A stretch of DNA of 64,000 nt. Source: Octopus vulgaris. Its lineage: Eukaryota. Shown here piece by piece: positions 11,270 to 23,617 of the stretch. The translations under genes were made by a program, and so were the position numbers. The notes under the pieces were generated by a model, which saw only the letters and a list, made by a program, of their open reading frames with translations, was not told the origin of the DNA and did not search any database. The stretch's first letter is position 1. The number at the start of each line of letters is the position of its first letter. Where the stretch lies: assembly GCA_951406725.2 (NCBI GenBank), contig OX597819.1:58900001-58964000 (forward strand). The letters are read 5' to 3'.

Positions 11270-12790
11270 CGAAATCTAAGCATACCTTGTCAGCCTTCCG
11301 GAGAGCGCTGGCAACTGATGTATGCCTAAAGGTGAAACGCACCCCTTCCACGTGAAGTAGAAAAGCAGACGCTCCAATCTGGCCAAACGTGGACTGGGTC
11401 AAAGTACAACTGCCAAGCGGTGAGTAATGCCAGAGGTGATGTAGGTATTCGCCTCCTCTGCGCGACATTTCAGGGAGAACTTCCACTCCTCGCAGCCCAT
11501 TTCTGAGTGACGTTAGCTACTCTGCACACGACCTTGTCTCAGAATTTGTCCATCTGGAGATTCGTACCGAACCAGACTCCGAGCAATTTAGCCTCTCTCC
11601 AGCCATCACCTATGCTGTTCGACGACATGGAACTGTCCTTCTAGATGCCGATTCACAAGCCAACTGACTTGTCCAGATTTATCTATGTTTCTGCCATCGC
11701 CGCGCATACCTTTAGAATGAAATCGACTACTTGCAGTTCCGTGGTGTCTGACACAATTATGGTGATGACATCCGTACACGCCGATACAGCTCTTCCGCAT
11801 CCCTGCTCCAAAGACATGCCTCTGAAGAGTTCTAGCTTTCGTGTCAATGGCTCGAGAATCAATATGTGTAGAAGATATGAGAAATAGCACTTCTCAAGGA
11901 ATGAGCACGAGATGTATTGCGGTTCTGAAAGGAGGTTGTTTGCCTTGACCACCATTGTGTATCGCTGCGATCTTGCCTCTGAAAAATCGGGTGCGAAACC
12001 AATAGCTTTTAGGATTTTTACCAGGTAGCAATAGTCGACTCTATCGAAAGCTTTCGACTGACTCAAATCAATCGAGACTCCACGAACACCAGGTTTGTTA
12101 GCCCCTTCCTCTGTGACGTATCGCATGAGGTAGGTACTGTTGTAGATGGATTTATTGAGGATTGCATCCCAGACAAAACAACCGACGACAAGCACCAAAC
12201 TCATAGTTAACACCTTAGCCGAAATCTTAAACACTGCATTTATCAGGGCTATTAGCCGGAAATTATGTATTTATAGTGTCCCCTTTATTAGGTCCTTTTC
12301 TGGCAGCGTTAATGCGTTCCGGCTCATAGAACTGAGAATTCTCCCCCCTTTTGCTGCCAGTTGCGATAGACGTTTGACAAGAGATCTCAAACAAGTCTGG
12401 CATTTAACTATAAAAGGTAGACCATCCAAACTAGGCCATTTTGTCCCTTCTGCAACCACTCAATACTTCTCAGTTGTTTTTATTAGTCATTTATAGTGCT
12501 TTGCGTCTTCTGCCGAGAGCCACGGGATGATGTTGAGACAGATGCTTAAATCCATAACCGTTTCTCACTTATCGCTTACTCAGTTGTGCAAAATTCTGCT
12601 GGAACACTGCACACATCTGCTTGGACTTAGCATGCGCCCGTCCTGGTCGGAATTATGGCTATGTTGCCATGTCGCGCAACAGCTTCCGTTTTTTTTTTCT
12701 TGTTTTAACGTACGAGCTCTTGCTCTGACAACGCAAAGTTGATGTTTTGTGTTGAAGAAATGGTCGAAAGACATTCTGTTTTTGTTAACA
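11270..12790 (-). mobile_element. Decayed Tx1/L1-clade LINE ORF2 fragment (RT region)
   Basis: Frame-broken motifs 'PSLDGLPF', 'DLSQSKAFDRVD' and 'SACTDVITIIVSD' (YADD box relic). Confidence 0.75.
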
Positions 12791-13039
12791 CGTTGGACAT
12801 GGTCTAAAAAAACAAAAAAAAAGTGGTGTTATTTACGTTTGTTTCTTGTAGCATCACAATTCGATAAAGTGAAATCTATAAAACTGATACCAAACTGAAA
12901 TATGTACTAGAGCGATATAATTGACTAAAATACTTGCTGTTGCTCCAGTATGGCTGCAGGCAATGACAGAAACCTGTAAAAGAAAAAAAATTGCTAGTAA
13001 TTTTAAAGAAAGAGGTTAGGTCATTACATCGATCCCAGC

Positions 13040-14685
13040 ACTTTACACCAGCAATGCTGCAACGCCACCTTAAGAATAAACGCAATTATACCTCTCCTGG
13101 TCTCGATGGTGTTACATACCTACTTCTCAAACGCGGTGGGTACTTTCTTCTAAGCCAACTTTCTCTATTCTTCCAATTCTGTCTTGACAATGGTGTTACT
13201 CCAGAACAGTGGAAAACTGCCAGTGTCATCCCTCTGTTCAAAAAAGGCGACCGCACATCGCCTGTCAACTATCGCCCCGTCAGTCTTACTAGCTGCATCG
13301 CCAAACTGATGGAATTCTCTGGAACTTCTGGAAGTCTCACAGCCTCATCCAGCCGTCACAATTCGGATTTATTCCTAACTCCAGCTGCTGTAATCAACTC
13401 GTCGAGTTTCTTGAGGACGTTACCCAAATCACTGATCACGGATCCTGGGTTGATGTTGTTTACCTGGACTTTGCTAAGGCTTTTAACTCTGTGCCACACA
13501 AAAGACTTATGGTGAAGCTTTCTGCGTTGGGTGTAAGAGACGAACTCTATAACTGGTTGAAGTCCTTTATTTTCAGCCGAAAAGAGGTTGTCACAGTTCT
13601 AGGACAGCACTCTTCGCCCTATGAGATGACATCTGGTGTACCACAGGGATCTGTTCTTGGCCCCCTTTTATTTGTTGCATATGTTAATGACATAGATGCC
13701 AACTTAAAGAATGCCACAGTGCTGAAATATGCAGATGACATCAAGCTGTACCTCGAAATAAAGAGGTCAAATCCTGTACACTATAGATCTCTATTGCAAG
13801 CAGACCTGGACACAATGCAGCAGTGGATCATGGACTGGCAACTCAAGCTGGCTGTGGACAAATGTACCACCATGCATTTTGGAAGGAGAAACCCAGCGTC
13901 CACCTACTCCCTCCACAACACTAGTCTCAAAAAGTCTTCATGTGAACGTGACCTGGGTGTTATTGTCGACAGTGATTTGCGTTGGACAAAACACATCGCT
14001 AAAATTGTCAAGAAAGCTGAGGGTGTCTTGGCATCACTCACCAAATCCTTTGTGAGCCGCTCTCCGGCTATCTATCTGCGGCTTTATATAGCTATGGTAA
14101 GACCTCACCTGGAATTTGCATCACCGGTCTGGAACCCCTATCTTGCCCAAGATATCAATCGTCTGGAAGCTGTTCAGCGACGTGCAACCAAAAGAATACC
14201 CTCCATCAGGCATTTGCCATATCCTGAACGCCTTACTTCCCTGGGCATGAACACATTGAAACTCCGACGTCTGGCAGCTGACTTGGCAGACACCCATAAA
14301 ATTATCGACCATCGTACAAACAATTACTCTGAGCACCTTTTCAAACTCCACCCATCTAACACCCGTGGACATATTTACAAAGTAAGAAAACAGCACAGCT
14401 CCCATGACTTCAGGAAACATTTTTTCACACTGAGAGTTGCTGAAGCATGGAACAAACTGCCGGCATCAGTTGTTAGTTGTCGGAGCACTGCATCCTTCAA
14501 AACTTCCATGCTTCCTGAGATTCGCCAACACTACACTTGATTTTCTCCCCTCCATACACACACAAGCATGTACCTGACTCATACATTGTTCGCTTTCCAG
14601 ACATTTCTACATTACTGCATGTACTTTATATGCACTTTCTGACAAGTTGTGGTGCACCTGAGCACTGTATACAATAATTTCATTA
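13040..14685 (+). mobile_element. 5'-truncated CR1/L2-group LINE (reverse transcriptase plus 3' UTR), one frameshift near 13315
   Basis: Motifs SPGLDG, NYRPVSLTS, VYLDFAKAF, GVPQGSVLGPLLF, KYADD, RPHLEF..PVW and FFTLRVAEAWNKLP. Stop codon at 14540. Confidence 0.95.
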
Positions 14686-14976
14686 AATTGTATATATATT
14701 TTATTTTCTCGACCCTAAAAGGATGAAAGGTAAAGCTAACCTCAGCGGTAAAGGGCCAGAAGAAATAACGTTACGCATTTTGTTCGACGCACTAACGATT
14801 CTGCCAGCTCAACCCACGCTGTAATTGATATCATAGTTTGGCTGAAACAGGAGACTGTATCCAAGGGAGGTAACTCAGTTCAAAAATTAAATCGGTTTGT
14901 AATACAAGGGAAAGAACTCTACTACATAATTTTTAATATTTGCACACACGCATGTGTATTTACATTGTGTGGTAGA

Positions 14977-14998
14977 GTGTGCGTGCGTGCGTGCGTGC

Positions 14999-15096
<98 letters not shown>
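14977..15096. repeat. (GCGT)n/(GT)n microsatellite
   Basis: Direct reading. Confidence 0.95.
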
Positions 15097-15097
<1 letters not shown>

Positions 15098-17104
15098 TGC
15101 AATATCCTGAGAACCTTGTTTCGATTCCACGTCTTGAGTAAATGTATTCTATTATAACCTCGGGTCGACCCCAAGCCTCGTAAGCGAAATCGTGTAGATG
15201 TGAAAATGTGTGAAAACTCGTCGAATGGACTTAGGCCGTAACTGAATGATATCAGTTTGTTACGCTGTGTCACGCTGTTTCTGCCGGAGGATTACATTAA
15301 GGGCACGCGTGTTTGAGGAATACTAAGCCTTATAAAAACTAATATAATGTGCGAATAATTCGGATGATCGAATGACTGAAAACTCATCGTTGAAACCGAC
15401 GAAGATGCATTTACTTTACTTACACAATAATTATAGAATAATAGCTATGAAGTCTTTATTAGTGCCAGTTGTTTGTAACATAGGCGCAAAGGCTGGGATT
15501 TGATAGGGAGGTGTAAGTCGGTTATAATGTCCACAATTCTTGACTGGTCATTTATTTTATCGACCTCGGAAGAATATAAAGGCAAAATGAATCTCAGCAG
15601 GATTTTTAAGTGAGAGAGTATTGATTCAGAAGAAATATCACAAGGCATTTTTTCCAGTGCTCAACGATTCCACTAAACCCATCACTATCAGACTGTTTTA
15701 CTAATGGCAGCGAGATCTTACCGAATCGTGGCTGTTTGTCTTTCGGTTCTAAACACTACCCACTTCTCCTGCAAGAGATGAAAAGAGAAAATTAAAGAAA
15801 GTGAGATTTCCTTAATCAGCTATATTTTTCTTAATCAGCTATATTTTCCTTGAGACCATGTAAGGCTATCTGGCGGTCAATGTTTAATAGCTCCACATTT
15901 TATTCCGATCATTACAATTGTTTGTCAAAGCATTGTCCAGATATCTGACTAAACTATATTAAAATTCAATAAACTAAATTAGACCTTATAGACATTCTTT
16001 CAACTTACTATTTATCAAGTGTTGCACTCTATTCCATATCAACTGTACATTCGTGATGTACCCGAAAGACTTTAATAGAAAGTTCAGATAAGGTTTTACT
16101 ATAGACGAGCTAGCCATTAATAAGACTATCTGTATGGTGAGCTTATTATAATTTAAACTGGAACCTGGATTCTAGGAGTTTTATGCATCCATTTGACATG
16201 AGACACTAACAGGAACTGGTCTATACAATTAGTCTGAGAAAAAGAAAACAGTAATTAATAATAGGTGTTATATTCCTCTATATTTTTATTCTGTATCACC
16301 ACACATTGGTCTATCCAGTCTATAATGACTCGTCATACAGAGAACTGGAAGATGTTTCCACATATTTTACGAATAATGACATGGTGGATTGCGTTATAGT
16401 CTGACTTATGGTTGTTATTTAAATAGACTAAACATGACTGCTTGTGTATTGATTGACGTTTATAAGTCGTACAAATCTCGAGAATTGTTGCATTATTGGG
16501 AACAAATAAGAGCTTGGCAAGGCTTTTTTAATAAACATTTAGGTTATATAATAAAAAATGAATAGCAAATTAGAGCTTTTCCTGGTTTTGTTTTGGATCC
16601 CCAAAAGTACATCTTATTTCAGGTATAACTATCTATGGTGTCTACACAAAATATCAGGTATCAGAGTCTATTACAACCGAATATAAGAACTAAACGGTCG
16701 TGTAATACTTTCCTGATTACAGAACTTTACCCTAAATCTTAGAAGAACAAAGGGTGCGTTCTGTCTCAAACAAAATGTATTGAGACTATACCCGAGAAAA
16801 ATATGAAAAAATATTGTATGAAAAGAACCTACTTTCTCCTAATGTGGTTGACCCTAAAATTACTTTTAATAAGGCCAAGAATTTATCTTAAGGCGACTCC
16901 CTCATGCCTTAAAGTAGATTTCAGAAAGTGTTTGCCGTTTTAGCAAATATATTTGTTATATATAAAGTAATGATGATATCACTACTGAGGCTATTAAAAA
17001 GGAACTGAAAGTTGTTAATGTGTACAAGGAGGTGCTGAACAGTTCCTTGCTTTGGGTAAAAGAAAATACCAGAGGATCTCTTAATTATGATTTTATTCAA
17101 CATA

Positions 17105-18392
17105 CGAGGGGCGTTCAATAAGTAATGCCCCTGACCCACTTCCCATAGCAGTAGAGCAACGAAACATGGCACAGTTATTAGTCTTTTTCTACATAGGAAC
17201 CACCCAGAGTTACGCATTTCTCCCATCGTTTGATGCGGCTCTGGAGACCGTTTTTGTAGAAGAACCCAGCTTGGTCCTCCAACCTCAACGTGACTTCAGA
17301 AATCAAGGCTGCATCATCTGGGAAACGCTTTCCTTTCAAAAACAACTTCATGATTGGGAAGAGGTGAAAATCAGAGGGTGCAAGGTCAGGAAAGTAGGGG
17401 GATTGGGAGGAGTTCATAGCCATACGCCTGTGCTTCTGATCTGGCGACAAGCGAGTTGTGGACCGGAGCGTTGTCCTGCAGGAGGAGGATGCCTTTGCTG
17501 ATCTTGCCCCGCCTCTTGATTTTGATAACTTCTCTTAATTTCTTCAAAAGTGAAGCATAATAGGCTCCTGCAATTGTGGTACCCTTTGCCAGGAAATCTG
17601 TCATCACTACTCCGTCCTGGTCCCAGAAGACTGTGAGCATGACCTTGCCAGCGGAGGGCTGCACCCTTGCCTTCTTTGGAGGGGGTGAGGTCACGGTGCT
17701 TCCACTGCATTGACTGGGCTTTGGTCTCTGGATCATCGTGATGGACCCAGGTTTCATCCTGTGTAATCAGTCTTTTGAAAAATTTTGACTCATCTTCTTG
17801 GCACATCTCCAAATTCACCCTCGAGCACTCGACGCGTTCTTGCTTCTGGAAAGGCGTGAGCAACCTGGGAATCCATCTGGCAGACACCTTTTGCATATGC
17901 AAATGGTCATGAATGATAGTTTCCACAGACCCGGTACTAATCTTGACCTCATGGGCTATTTGGCGAATAATTATGCGTCGATATTCCAAAATGGCAGCCT
18001 CAACTTGACGGACAGATGCCTCATCAATGGCAGAAGGGGGCGACCAGATCTGGGAGCTTTCCACAGAGTTCCGACCATGTTTGAATTCACGATGCCAGTG
18101 TTTTACAAGGTCATATGATGGGGCATCATCACCATAAGTTACTTTCATTTCATCAAATGTCTCCCGTGGTGTGCGTCCTTTCAAATACAAAAACCGGATC
18201 ACTGCTCGACACTCAACAGGCTCCATTTCACACTTGACTCGGTTCAAACACCTGTAAATCAGAAACCACGATGAATTCAGAGCTGTAATTTGCCACTTAC
18301 TCTATAGAGATATAAATGATTGCACATGCAAAATTTCAGCTAATCAAACAACTGCAAGTGGGTCAGAGGCATTACTTATTGAACGTCCCTCG
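17105..18392 (-). mobile_element. Full-length mariner (DD34D) transposon, 1288 bp
   Basis: 37-bp TIRs (CGAGGGGCGTTCAATAAGTAATGCCCCTGACCCACTT, 2 mismatches) and a TA TSD at 17103-17104 and 18393-18394. Confidence 0.97.
17178..18226 (-). pseudogene. Mariner transposase, frameshifted across three ORFs
   Basis: Motifs WIPRLL, ITQDETWVH, LLQDNAPVH and PYFPDLAPSDFHLF are split over ORFs 17414..18247, 17386..17757 and 17178..17450. Confidence 0.95.
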
Positions 18393-18639
18393 TATTCCCT
18401 TCTCAGATTCATACACTTATTGCAGCGGTCCTTCAATTTTTCAAAGCCCTGTAAAAGAACTCGGAATGCTGGGCCTCCAGCCAGGCCTTTCAGGTTCACG
18501 ATACCCTTAAAGCTAGGAACTTTTCAGCAGCCCCTCGTAAAACCTTGTCTTCCGAGAATGCAAGGCTTCGTACTTATAAGTCAGAGTGAAAGATCTATGC
18601 AGACATTAATAATTGCTCCAGAGTTTGATTGAACGACAG

Positions 18640-19418
18640 AATGAAGTGGAAAAAGTTCACCTGACTGAGAAGCCTACTCTCCGAACTGTGACTGGTGAAG
18701 AGAATCCCAGTGTCGCCAAGGCCAGCGATGCATTTGGCAGAGTCCACAAGAATGTATGGAAGAGTAGAGGCATCACCTCAGCGACAAAGATTAATATGTA
18801 CCGGACCATAATTCTCAACTCACTTCTCTATGGTCTTTAAGAATGAACTGCCTACCAACATGTAGTCACTTCCATTCTACTCGCCCCAGAATAATTCTCG
18901 ACATCAAGTGACGGAACAGGATGTATGACACAGAGGTACTCTCTTGTGCTAAACTGCCCAGCATCCATACGATTCTGATGCAGTCACAACTGCGCTAAGC
19001 AGGTTACGTTGTTCACGAGCCAAACCACTGGCTCCTAAAAAAGCTCTTCTGCAATAAACTCCAGTATGGTAAACTCTCCCGTGGAAGCCAGGTAAAGTGC
19101 TGCAAAAACACACTAAAAACTTCACTGACGGTGTTCAAATTCAACCATAAATAGTGAAAGCAAATAGCATCTGACAGAGAATGGCGTCCAGAAATCTGTA
19201 AGGAATCCAAGACATGTGGAGCCTTTGGGTGTAACTGTGGCTGAGCAACGCAGACTAGAAAAGAAAATGCCTTCAGCTCTCCCACTGCCACCTGCTGTCT
19301 CTGTCCATACTGCCTAAGATACTTCTGTACGCTCATTTAACTAACCATCGGCACACTCATGAGGCCCGGTCACCACCTAATCATTAGATGATCTTCGTCA
19401 GAGCGACGAACGAATAAG

Positions 19419-19420
<2 letters not shown>
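18640..19420 (+). mobile_element. Decayed RTE (BovB-like) LINE 3' part
   Basis: Motifs 'AKASDAFGRVHKNVW', 'TKINMYRTIILNSLLYG' and 'SIHTILMQSQLR', with stops and frameshifts. Ends at a (CA)n tract. Confidence 0.8.
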
Positions 19421-19449
<29 letters not shown>

Positions 19450-19621
19450 TTGGATAGCCTGCGACGTTTATCCAAATGGGGTTTTCAGCGCAAATATTTT
19501 GTTATTATAAATATATATATACCGGAGTAAACACATAAATGTGAAACAAGGTGAAAAAAAGAGTACTCAAATACCAGTGGTAGAGTAATATGCTTTATTC
19601 AAAAGCAGCAGAAAATTCAAC

Positions 19622-19669
19622 AAAACCTGTTACTCTGAGTTTCACGTTCCCGTTCGTCGGACAGTTTTT
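19622..19669 (-). ncRNA. Minimal type I hammerhead ribozyme motif (U4C core variant)
   Basis: Minus strand reads AAAAACTGT-CCGACGA-ACG GGAA CGT-GAAACTC A GAGTA-ACAGGTTTT, giving stems I, II and III and a GUA site. Confidence 0.65.
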
Positions 19670-19675
19670 TCTAGC

Positions 19676-19723
19676 AAAAACTGTCCGACGAACGGGAACG
19701 TGAAACTCAGAATAACAGGTTTT
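19676..19723 (+). ncRNA. Minimal hammerhead motif, second copy (GUA changed to AUA)
   Basis: Same fold as 19622-19669, but a G>A change breaks one stem III pair. Confidence 0.55.
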
Positions 19724-19764
19724 GTTGAATTTTCTGCTGCTTTTGAATAAAGCATATATATACA

Positions 19765-19799
<35 letters not shown>

Positions 19800-21000
19800 C
19801 AAGCATACAGATGCGCTAAGTATTAACAGCGATGAATGACTCCTCCCGGCTACTACCAAACCGCCATGACCACCTCCAACCACAGCGCCTAACCATTGCT
19901 ATCATAGCCGCCACCCCACCGCCGCCACTACACTGGCAGTAACAATAGTAATAACAACGACAAAAGACGCACAGCGACGTTGGTGGCGGAGGCGGTGGAG
20001 GATAGAATTTTTATCGACAAATCAGACTTCTCCCCCCACCCCCCACCCCACCCTTCCTATAACATAACACATTGTTATCCCAGTCACCGTCGCTACCACC
20101 ACCCCAACAACAACACTGCCACCGCCACTACCACGACAAGTAAAGCAATTCGCATTGAATGAGAAGTAGAGGTGTGGATATTATTTCACCTCCCCGCTCC
20201 CTCATTTGCTCCTGTTGTCTACCACATAAAACCTCTTCGCCCTCCGCCTCTTCTCCTACCGTCACTATCGGTGGCCCACTGAATGTCAGTATTAGGTTTA
20301 TAGAGAACAGGTGAGAGGGAACAGGTGAGAAGTAACAGGTAATAAGCTAAGCTGGTCGACTATCCAACAATCTGGACGTACATCTAAACTCTGTCACAAA
20401 GCCAAACAAATCCATGTTAAATACATAATCATTGTTAATCGTGTCTTTTTACCTTCCATTATTTTCTTAAGATTATAATGTGAAACCAAGAGGTGTTTTT
20501 TTTTTCTATCCATCCATCCATCCTAAAGAAAACAGCCAACAATTTTATGTTATCAACACCAAAAATCCTGAGCTCCCTTGTAAATAAATACAAACCAATT
20601 TCAAAAACGAAAACGAGGCTACTTATTAAAAGATGACTATTTCATTCAATTTTAAAACGTAGAGGAGATTTCAACTTCACCTGTTTTCCCCACTCCCACG
20701 GATACATTATAATTTCATGACACAAACAGCAACAACAATGTCACGCAAAAAGTTTGAATCAAAGATATAAAATAAGTCGCACCTGAGTTTGAGTCGTGCA
20801 CATTTTCAACCAAGAATTTCGTAATTTATCGTAAAAGAATACCTTTACATTTTAAATCTCACCTTGTTTACATAGTTTTGTTGGTTGGTTCCGATCGTGA
20901 AGGTTTTATATTGAGAGAAACTCATATTCTATTTTAATAACTGCTATTTCTTTTATCCTCATTTGTAAATCTGTCAAAGTGAAATGTTCTTACCTCAAAC

Positions 21001-21041
21001 CTAACATTTGATTTTTCTCTGAAACTGTTCTCCAGGTAAGT
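21001..21041 (+). other. Candidate recursive splice site, or the donor of a non-coding exon
   Basis: CTAAC branch motif at 21001, a pyrimidine-rich AG-free stretch from 20980, then TTCTCCAG|GTAAGT. Confidence 0.4.
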
Positions 21042-21289
21042 TTACAAGTTCGCTTTACTTTTCTATTATACAACGTTCTTTTTTTTTTTTATTTGATCCT
21101 TCTTTTATAATTCTCGGATATTTTATTGTTGTTGTTGTTGTTGCTGCTGCTGCTGCTACTGCTGTTGTTGATATCGTTGTTGTAGTGGTTATTATTGCAA
21201 ACTGATATATTAAATCGTAAGAGATGAAATACAGGAGACGCACATAGCTAGAGATCCTGCAGTGTTTTGTTTTTGTTCCTATTTCCATT

Positions 21290-21745
21290 AACCAATGCCT
21301 GTTAAAGCAGCGAACTGACGGAATAGTGATCGCATCGGACAAAATGGTTATCGTGATTCTTCAGCCCAATTCTCATCGACTTTTTAAAGTTTCTTTTTGC
21401 GAGAAAAGTGAGGATAGAGGGGAAGAAAAGTCTCTCCCAAAGTGGGGTTGTAATGGCGAATATGGCCCGAGTAAACGGGCCTACACTACACGTTCGACGT
21501 TTACTGAGAAACGATAGCTCCTAAATGATCAAGCTTCTCAAAGAACCACACCAAGATGTGTGTGGTTCTTTGATTAACCATGAGTAGGGTTCCATTCTAT
21601 AGAGTCTATCAATTTTCGTTAGCCTGTATATTTTTGTTATCTTCCCGTTTACAAGCTTTCTATGAAAATATTTATGTTTATTGCAATGTGTCCTGGCCGT
21701 TTGTATTCTATTATTACCTTTGTAATAAATAAAGAAAACATTATA
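21290..21745 (+). mobile_element. Decayed Tx1/L1-type LINE 3' end
   Basis: Homologous by eye to 25510-26025 (shared CTAAATGATCAAGCTTCTC and TATTATTACCTTTGTAATAA). A-rich end. Confidence 0.6.
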
Positions 21746-21792
21746 ATTATTATTAAGAACAAGGTGGTGAGCTAACAGAATCGTTGGCATAT

Positions 21793-21933
21793 TAGGCGTG
21801 GGAATGGCTGTGTGGTAAGTAGCTTGCTTACGAACCACATGGGCAAGTGTCTTCTTACTAGAGCCTCGGGCCGACCAAAGCCGTGTGAGTGGATTTGGTA
21901 GACGGAAACTGAAAGAAGCCCGTCGTATATATG

Positions 21934-21999
<66 letters not shown>

Positions 22000-22198
22000 T
22001 GTCCCCCCACCCAACATCGCTTGATAACCGATGGTGGTGTGTTTACGCCCCCGTAACTTAGCGGTTCGGCAAAAGAGACCGATAGAATAAGTACTAGGCT
22101 TACAAAGAATAAGTCCTGGGGTCGATTTGCTCGACTAAAGGCGGAGCTCCAGCATGGCCACAGTCAAATGACTGGATCAAGTAAAAGAGTAAAAGAGT
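21793..22198 (+). mobile_element. SINE family B nested in a family A SINE (21760-22390)
   Basis: The family A head at 21760-21790 resumes at 22200. Confidence 0.85.
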
Positions 22199-23584
22199 AT
22201 ACCGGACAAAATAAATGCTTATCGTCGTTTTGTCCGTTTTGATGTTCTGACTTCAAATTCCGCCAAGGTCGATTTTGCCTTTCATCCCTTCGGGGTCGAT
22301 AAAATACAGTTCCAGTTGAGCACTGCGGGCTTTATAATCGATTCCCTACTCACGAAATTTCAGGCCTTGTGCCTATAGTCGAAACGATTATAAAAAAAGC
22401 AAGGCAGCGAGCGAGCAGAATCATTGGCTCACCAGACAAAAATTCCTAGCAACATTTCTTCCGGTTTCACGTTCTAAGTCCATCCTTTCGGGGTTCTTAG
22501 TTCATGCTTTTCATCTTTTCGGGGTCGAAAAAATAAAGTACTAGACTAAGTCCCCTCCCACGAAATTGCTGGTTTTGAGCCAAAATCGGGAATTATTAAT
22601 TTATGCTAGTTTGTTTTCTTTTTCTGTGCAACAATCGTCTGTTGCTTATAGCGGATGTGTCAGGACATTTACGCTTGATTTGTTGACTGCGTCTTTACAT
22701 AAGAGTTTAAAATTCTTTCCCTCTGACACTATATGGAGGTTGGGATATTTCTAGGTTATTACTCAACCAGCCTCAGACATAATTTCAAAGACGCTCCAGT
22801 TTTGATCATCCCATTTAGAAACAGGTATATTTTAAGGTTACATTAGCTAATGTGTACGTTGTCTTTTTAAGATACTAAAATATGATTTGAAGGAAACTTG
22901 ACGGATATTTCTAGCAGTTCAAGCGATCCCATGGTGACACTCTCACTTGCTCATTAAATGTTTCTTATTTAGATATAACTTCAAGGGAAATTAAAACTGG
23001 TTCCTTACATAAGTCTTTCCCTGTTGCATTATGTGGATATGCCAATATTTCCAGATTGCTACATATGGCGTTGTTTACGTTGTTAATTACTGTATCAGGC
23101 CAGCTTTGATACAGCAGACAAAAGGAATGACATTCCAGTCATGGCCATTTCGTCTTATTTTCAATCATAGTATATGGAGGACGAGGTTTTCTAAGACGCG
23201 AGTATATGTTTTTGAGCAAGGTTTGGCTGCTTTTACATAATATGTTCAGGGTCCGTGTTCAGATCATCTCTTATTGGTTTATTATTATCGTTGCTGTAGA
23301 TTGAAACTGGAAGAGTCTGTACAGGGTTGGAATAAATGGTTGACAGTATATTTTCTGGTATTTTTACGTCCTGAGTTCAAACCCCGCCAAGGCCCACTCT
23401 GTCTTTCATTCTTTTGGGGTCGATATGTTTTCAAGACCTAGAACACCAGATTGATTCGTAGTAACATTATCCCCATAAATTTTCAGGGTGAATCCTTCAC
23501 CCTCGAAATTAATGAACTTGAGCTTAACTTATTGTTGTGGATACTATGTTTTTGCTGTTGCAACTGATGTTATCGTTATTATTA

Positions 23585-23616
<32 letters not shown>

Positions 23617-23617
<1 letters not shown>

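Larger units (their letters stand above)
17023..18539. mobile_element. Mariner-type MITE split by the mariner at 17105-18392
   Basis: Halves 17023-17104 and 18393-18539 rejoin to match the uninterrupted copy at 31027-31249. TA termini. Confidence 0.88.
19520..19757. mobile_element. Penelope-like terminal-repeat fragment in inverted arrangement within (TA)n
   Basis: 82-bp inverted arms (19588-19669 and 19676-19757, 1 mismatch). Each arm has a hammerhead-like motif followed by AATAAA. TA tracts on both sides. Confidence 0.7.

Noticed and set aside
15860-16900. Coding-like unique stretch, possibly an old TE relic
   Set aside because: The frames I translated by hand gave no recognisable motif; left unassigned.
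17178-18247. Domesticated SETMAR-like host gene
   Set aside because: Frameshifted, bounded by TIRs and a TA TSD, and no SET domain.
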